From NCBI GenBank assembly GCA_050730875.1, contig JBOHNX010000002.1:156805-220804 (forward strand): a stretch of DNA of 64,000 bases, given 5' to 3'. The notes beneath the pieces were generated by a model. The model was given only the letters and a program-made list of their open reading frames with translations. It had not been told where the DNA came from and ran no database searches. Origin of the DNA: Candidatus Saccharimonadales bacterium (GTDB lineage Bacteria; Patescibacteriota; Saccharimonadia; Saccharimonadales; EFPC-124). The translations under genes and the position numbers were made by a program. Shown here in pieces: positions 37,653 to 47,665 of the stretch (position 1 is its first letter; every line of letters starts with the position of its first letter).

Positions 37653-39590
37653 CTATAAGTTTAAAATATTTTGATCCGGTGGTGGTACTGTTGTTTGGCC
37701 AATTGGTGGGGTCACGGGTTCGTTTGAAGGGGGTTGTTGCTGCCCTGCGTACAGTGCTTGCAACTGCTGCAACTGCTGAGGATTGGTGGTGATGAGCGAG
37801 GTTTCGGTTGGAGATGCAATCACCTGAATGTGTACGTGGTTCGGACCGGCAAAGAACAAGCCTTGCCCGACTGGGAATTGCGCCAAACGCTTCTTCTCTT
37901 CCTCTGTTAATTTAAAGACCTCGGCCAATACGTCCACAGCCGACGTTGATTGTTTGAGAAGTAGCTGCATGGATGCGTTGGCAACAATTGCGCGCCCCAT
38001 TTTGCTGCCCATAAAGTCCTCAACATCCTGGCTGATGGTTGTAAGCCCAAGATAGTACTTACGGGCGCGCTTGGCAAGGCTAAATAGGAAGTTTGCGGAG
38101 TCGTCGTATTTCATGAGCTGCCACGCCTCGTCAACGATGAGTAGGCGCTTGCGGCGGTCGCTGCGGGTTTTGTTCCAGATGTAGCTCAGCACAATGTACA
38201 TGGCGACTGGACGGAGCTCGTCTTCGAGGTCGCGAATGCTAAAGACCACCATTTGGTTGTTAATATCGACATTCGATTGTTGCGAGAAAATACCCGCAAA
38301 TGTACCAGTGGTGTACTTGCGCAGGCGCTGCGCTAGTTGCGGGCCGGTGCCGCCCATGTGCAGCAATGTTTCGTAGAGGTCGTTAATGGTTGGTGGCGGT
38401 GAATTGTGCGTGAGCGGATCGCTGGTAATACCGGCACGTGCATAGGTATCGATTAACGCTTGGTCGAGGTCGGACTCTTCCACTGGGCTGAGCGCTGGCA
38501 TCATTGCCCCGCTCTGCGCAATTTGGGCGCCACCCATCATTAAGCGTAGTAAGCCGTGCAGTGTAATAAGGTTGGCGCGCAGAGCATCTTCGGCTTCCTC
38601 ACTTTCGATTACGCGTGGCAAATCGAATGGGTTAATGCGTGTTTCGGAGTTGAGGCTGAGGTGGATGTAGGCGCCGCCCACGGCATCTGCCAGGCGCTGA
38701 TACTCGTTTTCGGGGTCGACAATAATCACCTCGGTACCCATCATCATGCTACGCAAAGCCTCGAGCTTCACAGTAAACGACTTACCAGCACCAGATTTCG
38801 CAAAGACCACCATGTTGGCGTTTTCCAATGAGAACCGGTCGAAGATCACCAAACCGTTGTTGTGCATATTAATACCGTAGAGTACGCCTTTTTCTTGGGT
38901 GAGGTCGGCGCTGGTGAATGGGAAGCTGGTACTTAAGGCGCCAGTGTTCATGTTGTGGCGGATCTGTAGTTGGTCAGAAAGCTGCGGTACGGTCGAGTTA
39001 AAACTCTGTTCCATCTGACTCGATGCAACTTTGCTGAACACAAGTTGTTGGCCAAGGATGGTTTCGATCTTGTGCTGAACAAATTGCAGCTCATCCATGC
39101 TGTCGGCGTACACTGTTATGTACAGCCCAAAACGGAAGAAGCGTTCGGAGCCGACTTGCAGTTGGTCGCGCAGTTCCTCGGCGTCTTGGATAGCAGCTTC
39201 GAGGCCTGGGTCGCGCACCTTACCCTTCTCTTGGTTAATAGAGATGCTTGCCTCTAGCTGGCCAACTTTTTTGCGGAGGTTGTTTAACACAACTTGGCTT
39301 TCGACCGGATACATAAACATGCTGATGTCGATGACTTCATCCATGTTAATGATTGGGCTCAACCAGCCGGTATAGATCTGGCGCGGATAACCGTACACAT
39401 AAACAGTGCGAGCGTATTTGGTGCCAAGGCGGAAATAGTGCGATTGAATTTCGAGCGAGCTTGGCGCAATGATATCGCGCAGGGTCGTGATACCTTTCAG
39501 GAACTCCTGCTCGATTTCCTGTTGCTCGCGCACCCGCTGTTTCTCGGCGATGTCGATTGGGTCAACTTTTTTACGTCCAAACAAGCCCAT
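37653..39590 (-). CDS. virB4: VirB4/TrsE-type type IV secretion ATPase
   Basis: Walker A FAKSGAGKSFT, Walker B RLLIVDEAWQL. The N-terminal domain (YARTVYVYGYPRQIYTGWLSPIINMD) is typical of Gram-positive VirB4 homologues. Confidence 0.9.
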   Translation of the reverse strand: MGLFGRKKVDPIDIAEKQRVREQQEIEQEFLKGITTLRDIIAPSSLEIQSHYFRLGTKYARTVYVYGYPRQIYTGWLSPIINMDEVIDISMFMYPVESQVVLNNLRKKVGQLEASISINQEKGKVRDPGLEAAIQDAEELRDQLQVGSERFFRFGLYITVYADSMDELQFVQHKIETILGQQLVFSKVASSQMEQSFNSTVPQLSDQLQIRHNMNTGALSTSFPFTSADLTQEKGVLYGINMHNNGLVIFDRFSLENANMVVFAKSGAGKSFTVKLEALRSMMMGTEVIIVDPENEYQRLADAVGGAYIHLSLNSETRINPFDLPRVIESEEAEDALRANLITLHGLLRLMMGGAQIAQSGAMMPALSPVEESDLDQALIDTYARAGITSDPLTHNSPPPTINDLYETLLHMGGTGPQLAQRLRKYTTGTFAGIFSQQSNVDINNQMVVFSIRDLEDELRPVAMYIVLSYIWNKTRSDRRKRLLIVDEAWQLMKYDDSANFLFSLAKRARKYYLGLTTISQDVEDFMGSKMGRAIVANASMQLLLKQSTSAVDVLAEVFKLTEEEKKRLAQFPVGQGLFFAGPNHVHIQVIASPTETSLITTNPQQLQQLQALYAGQQQPPSNEPVTPPIGQTTVPPPDQNILNL

Positions 39591-40498
39591 TACTGTATCT
39601 CCCTATCTAGATGCGGCTGCGGCGCGGCTCCCTCGCCTTTTTTGGTAATTGGTGCGGCCAAATCTTCGAAATTACCCAGCGGTTCGCGCACGGCGGTGTC
39701 GGGGTTGTAGACGTTGTAGTACAGCTCGCCGAGCTCTTTGGTTGTTAATTGGACCGAGCGGATGCCTATTTGCGCAAGGCCGTTTACTACAGTTGAGACG
39801 CGATTTTTAAGCTCGTCCTTGGCCTTGCCGAATGCTCGTTCATCGATGCGGATGCGCTGTTGTTTTTGCGGTGCAAGCAAGTTGGCCAGGAAGCTCTTAC
39901 TGGTATTTACCGCGCTGCCGATGTCACCACCAGGGTAATACGGTATGACAATAAAGAAGCTTTTATCCATAATGTTGGTTTCTTGCGCCAAGGCCGAAAT
40001 AAAATCGATGTAATCGTCCATTAGCACACCAAGCAGCATGTTTTCTTGATCGCGGCGGATTTTATCGAGCCGCTGCAAATATGGCCCGAGGTCGACTTTT
40101 TGCGAACGAATAAAAATTTGAATCGGGAAATACAGTGAGTTTAGAAATTGCTGGTACGAGTACTCCACTGCTTCGCGCTCGCGTTCGCTCATGAGGTCGA
40201 AGTTAATTGAACGGCAAGTCACGACAGCGCGCATACTGCCATCGTTCATAATGGCTAAATTGTCGCGAATTTCAGAGATCAGCAGTGCATTTTGCGTACT
40301 GTTAGGGTTAGATTTTGGCGGCGGTACGGCCGGTGTGGTTGGAACCGACGCACCGGTTTGTATCGGTTGATTTGGGGGCAATGACTGCACAGGCGGCAGT
40401 GGTTGCTGCGCCTGATTCATCGGTCCGCCAGCCATAGGTTGCTGTGATGGCACTCCCGGCTGCGGTACGGTATTTGGCTGTTGATTCTGTGGCTGCAT
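39590..40498 (-). CDS. Hypothetical T4SS-associated protein; Pro/Gln-rich N-terminus and a domain resembling the non-ATPase N-terminal part of VirB4-like proteins
   Basis: ISEIRDNLAIMNDGSMRAVVTCRSINFDLMSEREREAVEYSYQQFLNSLYFPIQIFIRSQKVD. No Walker motifs. Its stop abuts the virB4 start. Confidence 0.45.
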   Translation of the reverse strand: MQPQNQQPNTVPQPGVPSQQPMAGGPMNQAQQPLPPVQSLPPNQPIQTGASVPTTPAVPPPKSNPNSTQNALLISEIRDNLAIMNDGSMRAVVTCRSINFDLMSEREREAVEYSYQQFLNSLYFPIQIFIRSQKVDLGPYLQRLDKIRRDQENMLLGVLMDDYIDFISALAQETNIMDKSFFIVIPYYPGGDIGSAVNTSKSFLANLLAPQKQQRIRIDERAFGKAKDELKNRVSTVVNGLAQIGIRSVQLTTKELGELYYNVYNPDTAVREPLGNFEDLAAPITKKGEGAAPQPHLDREIQ

Positions 40499-40547
40499 GG
40501 GCAGGCCAACATCCCCCTATTTATGTAATGATGACTCAAGCGCTTGT

Positions 40548-41480
40548 TTAGTGGCTGATAACAACCTCAACTTCGTCTTTGTCCTGCAAGCGATGTGCTT
40601 CGCGGGCCAGAGTCTCAACACTTAAATCGTCATTACTTGCGAGTCTCATTATATCAGGCGATACCTGTGGTGTCATGGCGCTTGTGGTTGGTTTTTTCAC
40701 TTCTGTTGCAGGTTTCTTGGACGCTTGTTTCGGTTTCTCATTAACCTCGCCTAATGGATGGACGACTTTTTGATGCATAGAGGCCGGATACGGATTGTAG
40801 TCGGGAGTAGCAATGTTTTCGTCATCGGCGCTTGTAGCAAATTGCTGGGTAAATACATTATTTTGTGGCGAAATTGTAGCCGGTCGTGGTTGGCCAGATT
40901 GCATAGCTTGCTTTAGCTGTTGCATGTGCCCTTCTTCGTTGCGGGCAAGCAGGCCCTGGAGCGATTTAGAGAGCTCGTTTGTTTCATCCAGCACGTCCAC
41001 CGCCTGCGCGGCTTCGTTGGCAACTGCGACGTTGACGTTTTCGCTGGGCTTTTCTACATTCTTCAGAGCCCAACCTCGGCTGTCCATAACGCGCGCCAGG
41101 TAGTCCAGGCGTTCGCGGGCTGTATCGCCCGAGAACTCTTTTGCTAGTCGCTCTTCTACCAGTTTAGGTGCGGTAATTTCGACATAACTAATCGTGCCAT
41201 CTGGGTCCCACATACGTTGTCTTGGCTTGAGGTAAAAACGTACAACTGCCAGCAAATATGTCTCCATAGGCTGGTCTTTTCGCAGCGGCAGTGCTAGTAC
41301 TCCAAAGAAGACAACAATCGGCACAGGGATAATCGCCAGCAGCCAAAAAGCCTGGAACAAAAAGAAGCCAACCGCAATCGCGGCGCCGGCAATCATAAGA
41401 TAAATAAACTGCCGAAAGCTTAAGGGCCCAAGCAGCTTATCTTCCGCCTCGACATCCTGCGGCACTTTGTACACAGCCAT
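40548..41480 (-). CDS. PrgI-family (VirB3-like) T4SS membrane protein with a long C-terminal extension
   Basis: I trimmed the start to the ATG at 41480. MAVYKVPQDVEAEDKLLGPLSFRQFIYLMIAGAAIAVGFF plus a second TM matches the PrgI/VirB3 N-terminal pattern. Confidence 0.7.
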   Translation of the reverse strand: MAVYKVPQDVEAEDKLLGPLSFRQFIYLMIAGAAIAVGFFLFQAFWLLAIIPVPIVVFFGVLALPLRKDQPMETYLLAVVRFYLKPRQRMWDPDGTISYVEITAPKLVEERLAKEFSGDTARERLDYLARVMDSRGWALKNVEKPSENVNVAVANEAAQAVDVLDETNELSKSLQGLLARNEEGHMQQLKQAMQSGQPRPATISPQNNVFTQQFATSADDENIATPDYNPYPASMHQKVVHPLGEVNEKPKQASKKPATEVKKPTTSAMTPQVSPDIMRLASNDDLSVETLAREAHRLQDKDEVEVVISH

Positions 41481-41589
41481 AAGGATTATTATGAATGAAC
41501 TAGGGTCAATAAACAAATTGCGGCAAATAAATAAGGCCCGGCCGAATCACATATTCTATGTGACTGGCCGAGCCTCGTCGTGTGAGCCT

Positions 41590-41709
41590 CTATTCAGCCT
41601 CGTTGTCGTACACACGAATGCGCCGTGACCGCACAATATATATGATGATCAGGGCGATAAGCCCTCCGGCGCAACAGACAAAGGTGCAGAGACTACCTAC
41701 GCCGTCCAT
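41590..41709 (-). CDS. Candidate 39-aa single-TM micro-protein
   Basis: MDGVGSLCTFVCCAGGLIALIIIYIVRSRRIRVYDNEAE, with AAGGGGTGG 3 nt upstream of the ATG at 41709. Lies in the gap between the VirB6-like and PrgI-like genes. Confidence 0.35.
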   Translation of the reverse strand: MDGVGSLCTFVCCAGGLIALIIIYIVRSRRIRVYDNEAE

Positions 41710-41833
41710 TTTCCACCCCTTGGGTACGATGCTTCTATACGACCTAAACAAGAATCTAGATCGGAGTTTGTATATTATAGCAATATTTCTAAACCGCGCC
41801 ACTTCGTCTGGGGAAGAATCCAGAAGGTGGTTC

Positions 41834-44785
41834 CTAAGGAGTGGGGGGTCCTGGTGGAAGACCTTCCACTGCTCTCTGTATGTCTTTAACAAACGATTCC
41901 CTATCGGTAATTGTGCCGCGGATGTTCGGGTTTGTGAGGGCTTGATCGAGCGTAGTGCGGAGTTGTTCGTACATATGCGTATTATTCTGCGCATCCTCCT
42001 GCTTTAATCGCGCTATTAGTTGGGGGCCCTTTTGTGGATCTTTAAGCATGCTCGCCATTGTATACACGGCTCCATATTTGAGGTTGCCAATATCGCTTGC
42101 GGTTGTATTAGCAAGGGTCGTAAGACGGGCGTAGTCCATGGTAAGTTTTGCGGCTTCAGGATCGGCAGGAAGGCCAGCGCGTCCAGCGGCAAGCTCCGGT
42201 TTTGTTGCCAAATGGTAGCCACCTTTACCCATCAGCGTACCGCTGTTGTAGTTGATGACCTCATCGACCATACTCTGAAACTGCGGTGTGGAGACACCTG
42301 CAAGTGGGCTGGTCGACATGCGTGCGCTCTCGATAACTCCAACTTCACCAGCTGAGGCTGCTTCATGAAGGGCAGCTTTCATCAGTTCTGGGTGTCGACT
42401 AAGGTCGATTGATCCAGTAGCACCTTGGACTACGCTGTTCTGATGATTAGCAAGATACGCTGCCAGGCCGCGAGCCATTCCCTTTTGATCCACACCTGCT
42501 TTGCGCCGTGCATTTACCAGCAGGGCGCTTGCATTTTCCAATTCTTCACGCTCTGCCTTCGAGATTACAGCTTGGGCACTCGCCAATACACGCTGTGCAC
42601 CCTCCGGACCGCCCACGCCGGCAGCTTTGCCGGGTAGCCGACTACCCTCGGCTAAAACACTACCGGCAAGCGCCGCGTTCTGCGCGCGTTCAAGCTCTCG
42701 CTGGCGGCTTTCCATCATGAACTTGCGACGACGGCCATAGGTGGCTAGGCGGCCAACGCCGGGTACATTTCGAGCCTTATAAGCCAACTCTGACCTGCGG
42801 AGCTTGGCGCGTTCCTGAAGAGGGCGAGCAATTGCCTTTCGACCCTGTTCGCCATAGCCTTTCAGGCGGCTAGAGACAGCACCCATGCCTCGTCCTATGA
42901 TTCCCCCGGCTACGGTGAAGGTGAATGGTAGTGCAAAGAGAGGAATTGCTATGAAGAAGAATGAGAATGCTTTAGCGAACCTGCTGTCGGTTGTGGTATT
43001 AACGATGTATGTCAGGATGGTACCCGAGGCAAAGAGAGCTACGATAAGCGGGTACATAAGCAGCAGTTTCGAGAACATACTCGCCCACTTACGCGCGTAT
43101 TGTTCGGTATTGGGCAGCAGGTATGCCACGAAGGCAAATGGTGACAGTATGACCAGCATAATTATGAACATTTGGCGCAGCACGAGCACAACAACGGTTA
43201 TCAGGATAGCGACAAAGCCGATTAGTACGAGCGATACGATTGCTGGCAGAAGACCCCCTGCGCTCACAACACCTGCTGCGATTAAACCGCCGCCCAAGCC
43301 TACGGTAAGCGCGGCGTCGAGGTTGCTATATTCTATCCCCTGACCCAGCCCTTGGACCGGCAGGAACATAAGTGCGCCCAGGCCCTCGCCAAGAATGTTG
43401 GTCACGTCCACCATAAACGCGCATATATAGAAGGATAAGTTGGTGGCAATAGCGACGGCTATAAGCTTTGGCAACAATCGTTTGATGCCGTAGTTACTGA
43501 GGCCGATTGACGTTGCTTGCGAGAATATAATTGCGAAGAAGGCTAACACAAAGGCGACGTTGGCGATGTTGAGGATGTTTTGCCAAATTTTAAAGAGTGC
43601 TTCGTTTTCGGTAAGCGGATTAACTTCGAGGAATGGTTTTATAACGGCCTTAAACACCCATTGCGTTGCACCGTCGATGGCCCGCAAAAGTGGACAAATA
43701 ATGTGTGCAAGGCCGGATGCTTCGTCTTCACAGACTGGTTGGCGGGTGGTGGTATCTTGCTTACAGGCAGGGTCATCTTTACTTAGGTGTTTTTTGCCAG
43801 GAATCTCGCAGACGCCATTGTCTGGTGGCTCCGCCCCGTTTACCGGAGGCGTGTTTTCTCTAGGCGTGCCGACATATATAAGGTAGGTATCGTCACGTTC
43901 TTCAGCGTATTCGAACGTGTTGGCTCCGGTCCATTTGAGACCGTAAGCGAGAAATTGGTGCCTCATGATGTCTGCGGCACCACCGGAGCCGGCGTTTAGG
44001 TCGCCGTATCCTAGTTCAAACGTTTTGTTGTATTCGTCGAAATTTTGGCCACATTTGTCCTCTGGCAAGTTGCCAGTATTCGGCACGGCATTATCGTACG
44101 ATTCAGCGTTTAAGCCCAAAGTGCGATTGTCTACTGCATAGAGTGTGGAACTGCCAGAGCGAACTTGGTCTTCTGTTCCATCGCGGACATCACCAGCTGT
44201 TTTGGCTGATTTAAGAATGATGACATCGGCGCAGCTTTTTACGCTCTGACCTTTGCGCACAAATACACTCGGGTCGCCACTTCCCTCACTCGAGAAAACA
44301 ACATCGGTTTTTTGGAAGTGGACGATTGTCTTTTGATTTGTCTGGATGAAAGACACGCGCCGCTTATCAACATCACTAACACTGAGTGATTTCTTGCCGC
44401 CATTACAGGCGGTATATGTGGCCGAATCCGCAAGGCTACTATCGGTGTAGAAGAATTTTCCCGATATACCCCAGCGATCGCCATGGTCGAAATCGAAGTT
44501 GATCGACGCAGAACAGTACGGACCTTGTGTGCCGTCTGTCATGCTGGTTAGCCTGTATTCAAACTTGTTGTCGTTTGTGGCGGTATCGGTAAAGACGCCC
44601 TTGCCGTAAACAATTGTGCCCCGGTTAAGCCAGTTTGCAGGAGCAGGCCCAGCGCCTTCACCGGGATCTGGCGCTGCATGCACAGTCTGAACATTGGTAA
44701 ATGTCGAAGCCAACAACAGCAAAGCCGCAAATCCGGCAAGGGTAATGCGGGAGAGCTTGCCTAAGAAAGTTCTTTTTTTGAGCAT
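41834..44785 (-). CDS. VirB6/TrbL-like polytopic T4SS channel protein with a large N-terminal exodomain and a C-terminal cytoplasmic domain
   Basis: Signal peptide ...NVQTVHA, an exodomain of about 340 aa, at least 7 TM helices (aa ~390-640), and a soluble tail of about 340 aa. Confidence 0.65.
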   Translation of the reverse strand: MLKKRTFLGKLSRITLAGFAALLLLASTFTNVQTVHAAPDPGEGAGPAPANWLNRGTIVYGKGVFTDTATNDNKFEYRLTSMTDGTQGPYCSASINFDFDHGDRWGISGKFFYTDSSLADSATYTACNGGKKSLSVSDVDKRRVSFIQTNQKTIVHFQKTDVVFSSEGSGDPSVFVRKGQSVKSCADVIILKSAKTAGDVRDGTEDQVRSGSSTLYAVDNRTLGLNAESYDNAVPNTGNLPEDKCGQNFDEYNKTFELGYGDLNAGSGGAADIMRHQFLAYGLKWTGANTFEYAEERDDTYLIYVGTPRENTPPVNGAEPPDNGVCEIPGKKHLSKDDPACKQDTTTRQPVCEDEASGLAHIICPLLRAIDGATQWVFKAVIKPFLEVNPLTENEALFKIWQNILNIANVAFVLAFFAIIFSQATSIGLSNYGIKRLLPKLIAVAIATNLSFYICAFMVDVTNILGEGLGALMFLPVQGLGQGIEYSNLDAALTVGLGGGLIAAGVVSAGGLLPAIVSLVLIGFVAILITVVVLVLRQMFIIMLVILSPFAFVAYLLPNTEQYARKWASMFSKLLLMYPLIVALFASGTILTYIVNTTTDSRFAKAFSFFFIAIPLFALPFTFTVAGGIIGRGMGAVSSRLKGYGEQGRKAIARPLQERAKLRRSELAYKARNVPGVGRLATYGRRRKFMMESRQRELERAQNAALAGSVLAEGSRLPGKAAGVGGPEGAQRVLASAQAVISKAEREELENASALLVNARRKAGVDQKGMARGLAAYLANHQNSVVQGATGSIDLSRHPELMKAALHEAASAGEVGVIESARMSTSPLAGVSTPQFQSMVDEVINYNSGTLMGKGGYHLATKPELAAGRAGLPADPEAAKLTMDYARLTTLANTTASDIGNLKYGAVYTMASMLKDPQKGPQLIARLKQEDAQNNTHMYEQLRTTLDQALTNPNIRGTITDRESFVKDIQRAVEGLPPGPPTP

Positions 44786-44867
44786 GCGCTTTTGGCTAGT
44801 AATTTTAACTAGTGGTGACTAGTACGATGATACCACAAGCGCGTTTGGTTTTATATGTAGTCGGAGG

Positions 44868-45947
44868 CTAATAGTCGGTTGGGACTTCTGGTGATCCATC
44901 TATGCCAGGTGCATGAGCAGGCGGTTCAAGCCCGGCGGCTTCGTAATCGTGTTCGTTTGGCCAGTCGAAGCCCGACACGTACCATCGCTCTTCCTGAGTC
45001 TCTGGATCTTTTTCTTTAACAAACGTAAATTTAAGCATCTGATAGTCAGGCGCGTGTTCTGTCTTTCCTTGGTATTTCAGAACCACATTGCGATCTGCGA
45101 GCACCGAAAACCAAGTCGATTTTTCGTAGCCTAGCTCTTCCCAATCAACGCCATATTTTTGGGTGATGAAATGGACATTCGTATAGTTAGCCTCTGCTAT
45201 AAGGCTGCTCTTTCGGATTGTTTCCTCGTCATCGCCAGAGACGAGTTCGCGGTAGTCCCCCAATCGCTCATCATTGAGCTTGTTGTTAGTACTAGAATCT
45301 AGGGTGACTAAATCACACTCCGGCTTTATGAAGTTATAGAAAATCTGCGGGTCCTTATTGAGCCCGTAGGACTCTAGATCAGCGAAATCCTCAAATACAT
45401 CTTCGAACGAGTCATAGCTGGCTACGGGCAAATGATCGACTGTCGGGTACTTCAGGCTTTCAACAGTCTCGTAGGTTGGTGTTGGCTCGATCTCGGCCGT
45501 AGCGGTGGGGACTGGTCGGCTGCCTGGGCCGGGCTCTTCAGAGCCGCCCATGCTCAATTTAGACATACCAAAAATGCCAGCCGCTACCAAACCGGCTAGT
45601 CCGGCAGCACCACCGCCAATTGTCAGTAGCTTTCTTCGAGTTAGCTTCCTGCTTGTCTTGCTTTCGGCTTCTAAAGCCTCTTTTTCGCGCAGATAATCTT
45701 CTAAGTACTGGTTTCTAAATTCTTCATCAGTTTCAAACAGTTTTGCTAATTCGGGGTTTTTCGGCTTGACGTCATCGGGATAGTCGCCAGACGCTTGATT
45801 AAATCGGGAACGCTTGTTAGGCTTGAAATTGCGTGTGTCTGACTCGGAGCCCTGGTTACTAGAGATGGTTGTTGGCGCTTCCCTCTCGTATTTTGGCTGG
45901 GGCCGAGTCGCACGTTCGCCTTTGTGCGGATGATGGTCCAGTGACAT
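44868..45947 (-). CDS. Hypothetical bitopic membrane protein, first gene of the T4SS-like operon (a VirB8-like role is possible but is inference only)
   Basis: I trimmed the start to the ATG at 45947, which is preceded by AAGGAGGG. Disordered basic/acidic N-terminus, TM (LLTIGGGAAGLAGLVAAGIFGM), and an ectodomain of about 200 aa. Confidence 0.5.
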   Translation of the reverse strand: MSLDHHPHKGERATRPQPKYEREAPTTISSNQGSESDTRNFKPNKRSRFNQASGDYPDDVKPKNPELAKLFETDEEFRNQYLEDYLREKEALEAESKTSRKLTRRKLLTIGGGAAGLAGLVAAGIFGMSKLSMGGSEEPGPGSRPVPTATAEIEPTPTYETVESLKYPTVDHLPVASYDSFEDVFEDFADLESYGLNKDPQIFYNFIKPECDLVTLDSSTNNKLNDERLGDYRELVSGDDEETIRKSSLIAEANYTNVHFITQKYGVDWEELGYEKSTWFSVLADRNVVLKYQGKTEHAPDYQMLKFTFVKEKDPETQEERWYVSGFDWPNEHDYEAAGLEPPAHAPGIDGSPEVPTDY

Positions 45948-46028
45948 TCCTACCCTCCTTATTGCTTGCGTTGCGATAGGTTTTTTATATTTTTTAGGTG
46001 CTATTGTTGTAAAACTGATATAGCTTAT

Positions 46029-46058
46029 CCTTAAATATACACTATTTAAGGCTTTTTT
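46029..46058. promoter_or_regulatory. Inverted repeat in the divergent T4SS/pilin promoter region
   Basis: CCTTAAATA-TACAC-TATTTAAGG (9-bp arms) followed by CTTTTTT, in the 205-bp divergent intergenic region. Confidence 0.3.
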
Positions 46059-46152
46059 GCAAGTATCCTCCCCTGTTGGCTTTACTGGCCTCTTGGTAAA
46101 GCTGGCAAAATGCGCTATCTTAAACGTAAGGTAGAACAAACACAAAATTATT

Positions 46153-46587
46153 ATGCAAAGTTCTCTTACTCTAACTCGTTTTAGCCTCTACGCCCTCAGC
46201 GCTACTGCCCTACTGGCGCTGTTGTTTGCTGTTCCAAAACCAGCAATGGCCAAGTGTTCAAGTGGTGAGCAACAAGTAAGTATAGGTTTCCCGGGTGCTA
46301 AAAAACGCGGCGACGTCTACTGTGTGCCCGTTGGCAACAAAACCGTGGAATCTAACCCGATCTTTATCTTCTTAAAGGGCATGCTCCAATTCTTGGCGGC
46401 TGGTGTTGGCTTGGCGGTTGTGGGCGGCATTATATATGGCGGCTTCCTATATATAACGGCACGCGGTAACTCTGGGCAGACCGAAAAAGGCCGCGATGTT
46501 ATATTGAATGCCGTTATTGGCCTGCTGCTCTTTATATTTATGTTTGCGATTATGAACTTTATAATCCCCGGGGGAATCTTCGGATGA
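46153..46587 (+). CDS. T4SS pilin-like protein (TrbC/VirB2-like), paralogue 1
   Basis: Signal peptide ...PKPAMA, a Cys-bracketed loop (C..22..C), then a two-TM hairpin joined by ITARGNSGQTEKGRDVILNAVIGL. Confidence 0.7.
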   Translation: MQSSLTLTRFSLYALSATALLALLFAVPKPAMAKCSSGEQQVSIGFPGAKKRGDVYCVPVGNKTVESNPIFIFLKGMLQFLAAGVGLAVVGGIIYGGFLYITARGNSGQTEKGRDVILNAVIGLLLFIFMFAIMNFIIPGGIFG

Positions 46588-47003
46588 TGCGTAAGCTATT
46601 TGTAGCGCTGATGATGGTCGTGTCGGTTAGTGTGCTGGCGCCGCAACCAGCTAGCGCAGCTGTGCCATCGCAGTTAACGCATGTTGCCTGTGGGAAGGGC
46701 GTTGCGAACTTTTTGGGCTTTAAGACCTGGGATTCATGCTTAAAGCAAAAATACGGCAAGACAAAAATCGAGAACGTAAACGATATTTGGCTGATTGTTC
46801 TCCCGATTCTTGAAGACGTGATTAAAGCTGCGGGTTACACCGCAGTCGGTTTTATTATTTGGGGTGCCATTAAATACATTAAAAGCCAAGGTGAGCCTGC
46901 CGAAATCAACACTGCGCGTATGATTATTACCAACGCGGTTATAGGGCTAATTATTTGCGTTATATCGGTTGCTATAGTGCAATTTGTAGCGGGGACATTT
47001 TAA
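46584..47003 (+). CDS. T4SS pilin-like protein, paralogue 2
   Basis: Signal peptide ...PQPASA, a Cys pair, and a TM hairpin with IKSQGEPAEINTARMIITNAVIGL. ATGA overlap with paralogue 1. Confidence 0.7.
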   Translation: MMRKLFVALMMVVSVSVLAPQPASAAVPSQLTHVACGKGVANFLGFKTWDSCLKQKYGKTKIENVNDIWLIVLPILEDVIKAAGYTAVGFIIWGAIKYIKSQGEPAEINTARMIITNAVIGLIICVISVAIVQFVAGTF

Positions 47004-47299
47004 TGACGCGTTTCTATGAATTAGTAGCCGCCGTTAAGGTACCAACAGATGGCATTCCAGAGGTTGATTTGAATCAAAATACGCTGAACGCAATTTTGAG
47101 TTCGGTTTTTATAGCAATTGGTGCAGTTGCAGTCTTCTTTTTGCTGGTTGGCGCCGCACGCTATGTAACCAGCAACGGCGAGCAAGCAAAAATCACCCAA
47201 GCTAAAAACACAATTTTATATGCGATTGTAGGTATACTTATTTCGCTGGTGGCGTTTGGCATTGTACAATTTACGCTAGGAGTAGTAGGCGGACGATGA
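47003..47299 (+). CDS. T4SS pilin-like protein, paralogue 3 (no obvious signal peptide)
   Basis: Start at the TAATG overlap (47001-47005). A TM hairpin with RYVTSNGEQAKITQAKNTILYAIVGI. Lacks the Cys loop and the N-terminal hydrophobic leader. Confidence 0.6.
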   Translation: MTRFYELVAAVKVPTDGIPEVDLNQNTLNAILSSVFIAIGAVAVFFLLVGAARYVTSNGEQAKITQAKNTILYAIVGILISLVAFGIVQFTLGVVGGR

Positions 47300-47664
47300 A
47301 AAAAATAATTATTGCTATTGTGACTGTATTTTCGCTCGGGCTTTTACTGGCAACGCCAGCAAATGCTCAGGTGGATGTATTTAAGCCTTGCGCAAACAAT
47401 TCTGACTCTGCCATTTGTCAGGCTCGCAAAGATAAGCTGTTTGGGCCGGGAAGCATCTGGAATAATATCCTTAACGCCTTCACCTTTTTGATTGGCGCGG
47501 TTTCGGTAGTCATGATTATCATCGGCGGTTTCCGCTACGCTGTTTCTGGTGGTGACCAAGCACAGGTCACGTCCGCAAAAAACACCATTATCTACGCAGT
47601 TATTGGCCTTATTGTCGCCGTTTTGGCAAACGCAATCGTAAACTTTGTATTAACAAATATTTAG
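47296..47664 (+). CDS. T4SS pilin-like protein, paralogue 4
   Basis: Signal peptide ...TPANA, loop C-ANNSDSAI-C, and RYAVSGGDQAQVTSAKNTIIYAVIGL. Confidence 0.75.
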   Translation: MKKIIIAIVTVFSLGLLLATPANAQVDVFKPCANNSDSAICQARKDKLFGPGSIWNNILNAFTFLIGAVSVVMIIIGGFRYAVSGGDQAQVTSAKNTIIYAVIGLIVAVLANAIVNFVLTNI

Positions 47665-47665
47665 T

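Noticed and set aside
34621-37792. Many plus-strand ORFs of 60-164 aa antisense to the 1049-aa M23 membrane protein gene
   Set aside because: They are antisense shadows of a long, well-supported gene, with no motifs or start-site signals.
41582-42007. ORFs 41582-42007(+) and 41590-41994(-) in the VirB6-like/PrgI-like gap
   Set aside because: Most of each overlaps the 3' end of the 983-aa gene or has an odd composition. I kept only the last 39 codons of the minus-strand ORF (with its own SD and a TM helix) as a low-confidence micro-ORF.
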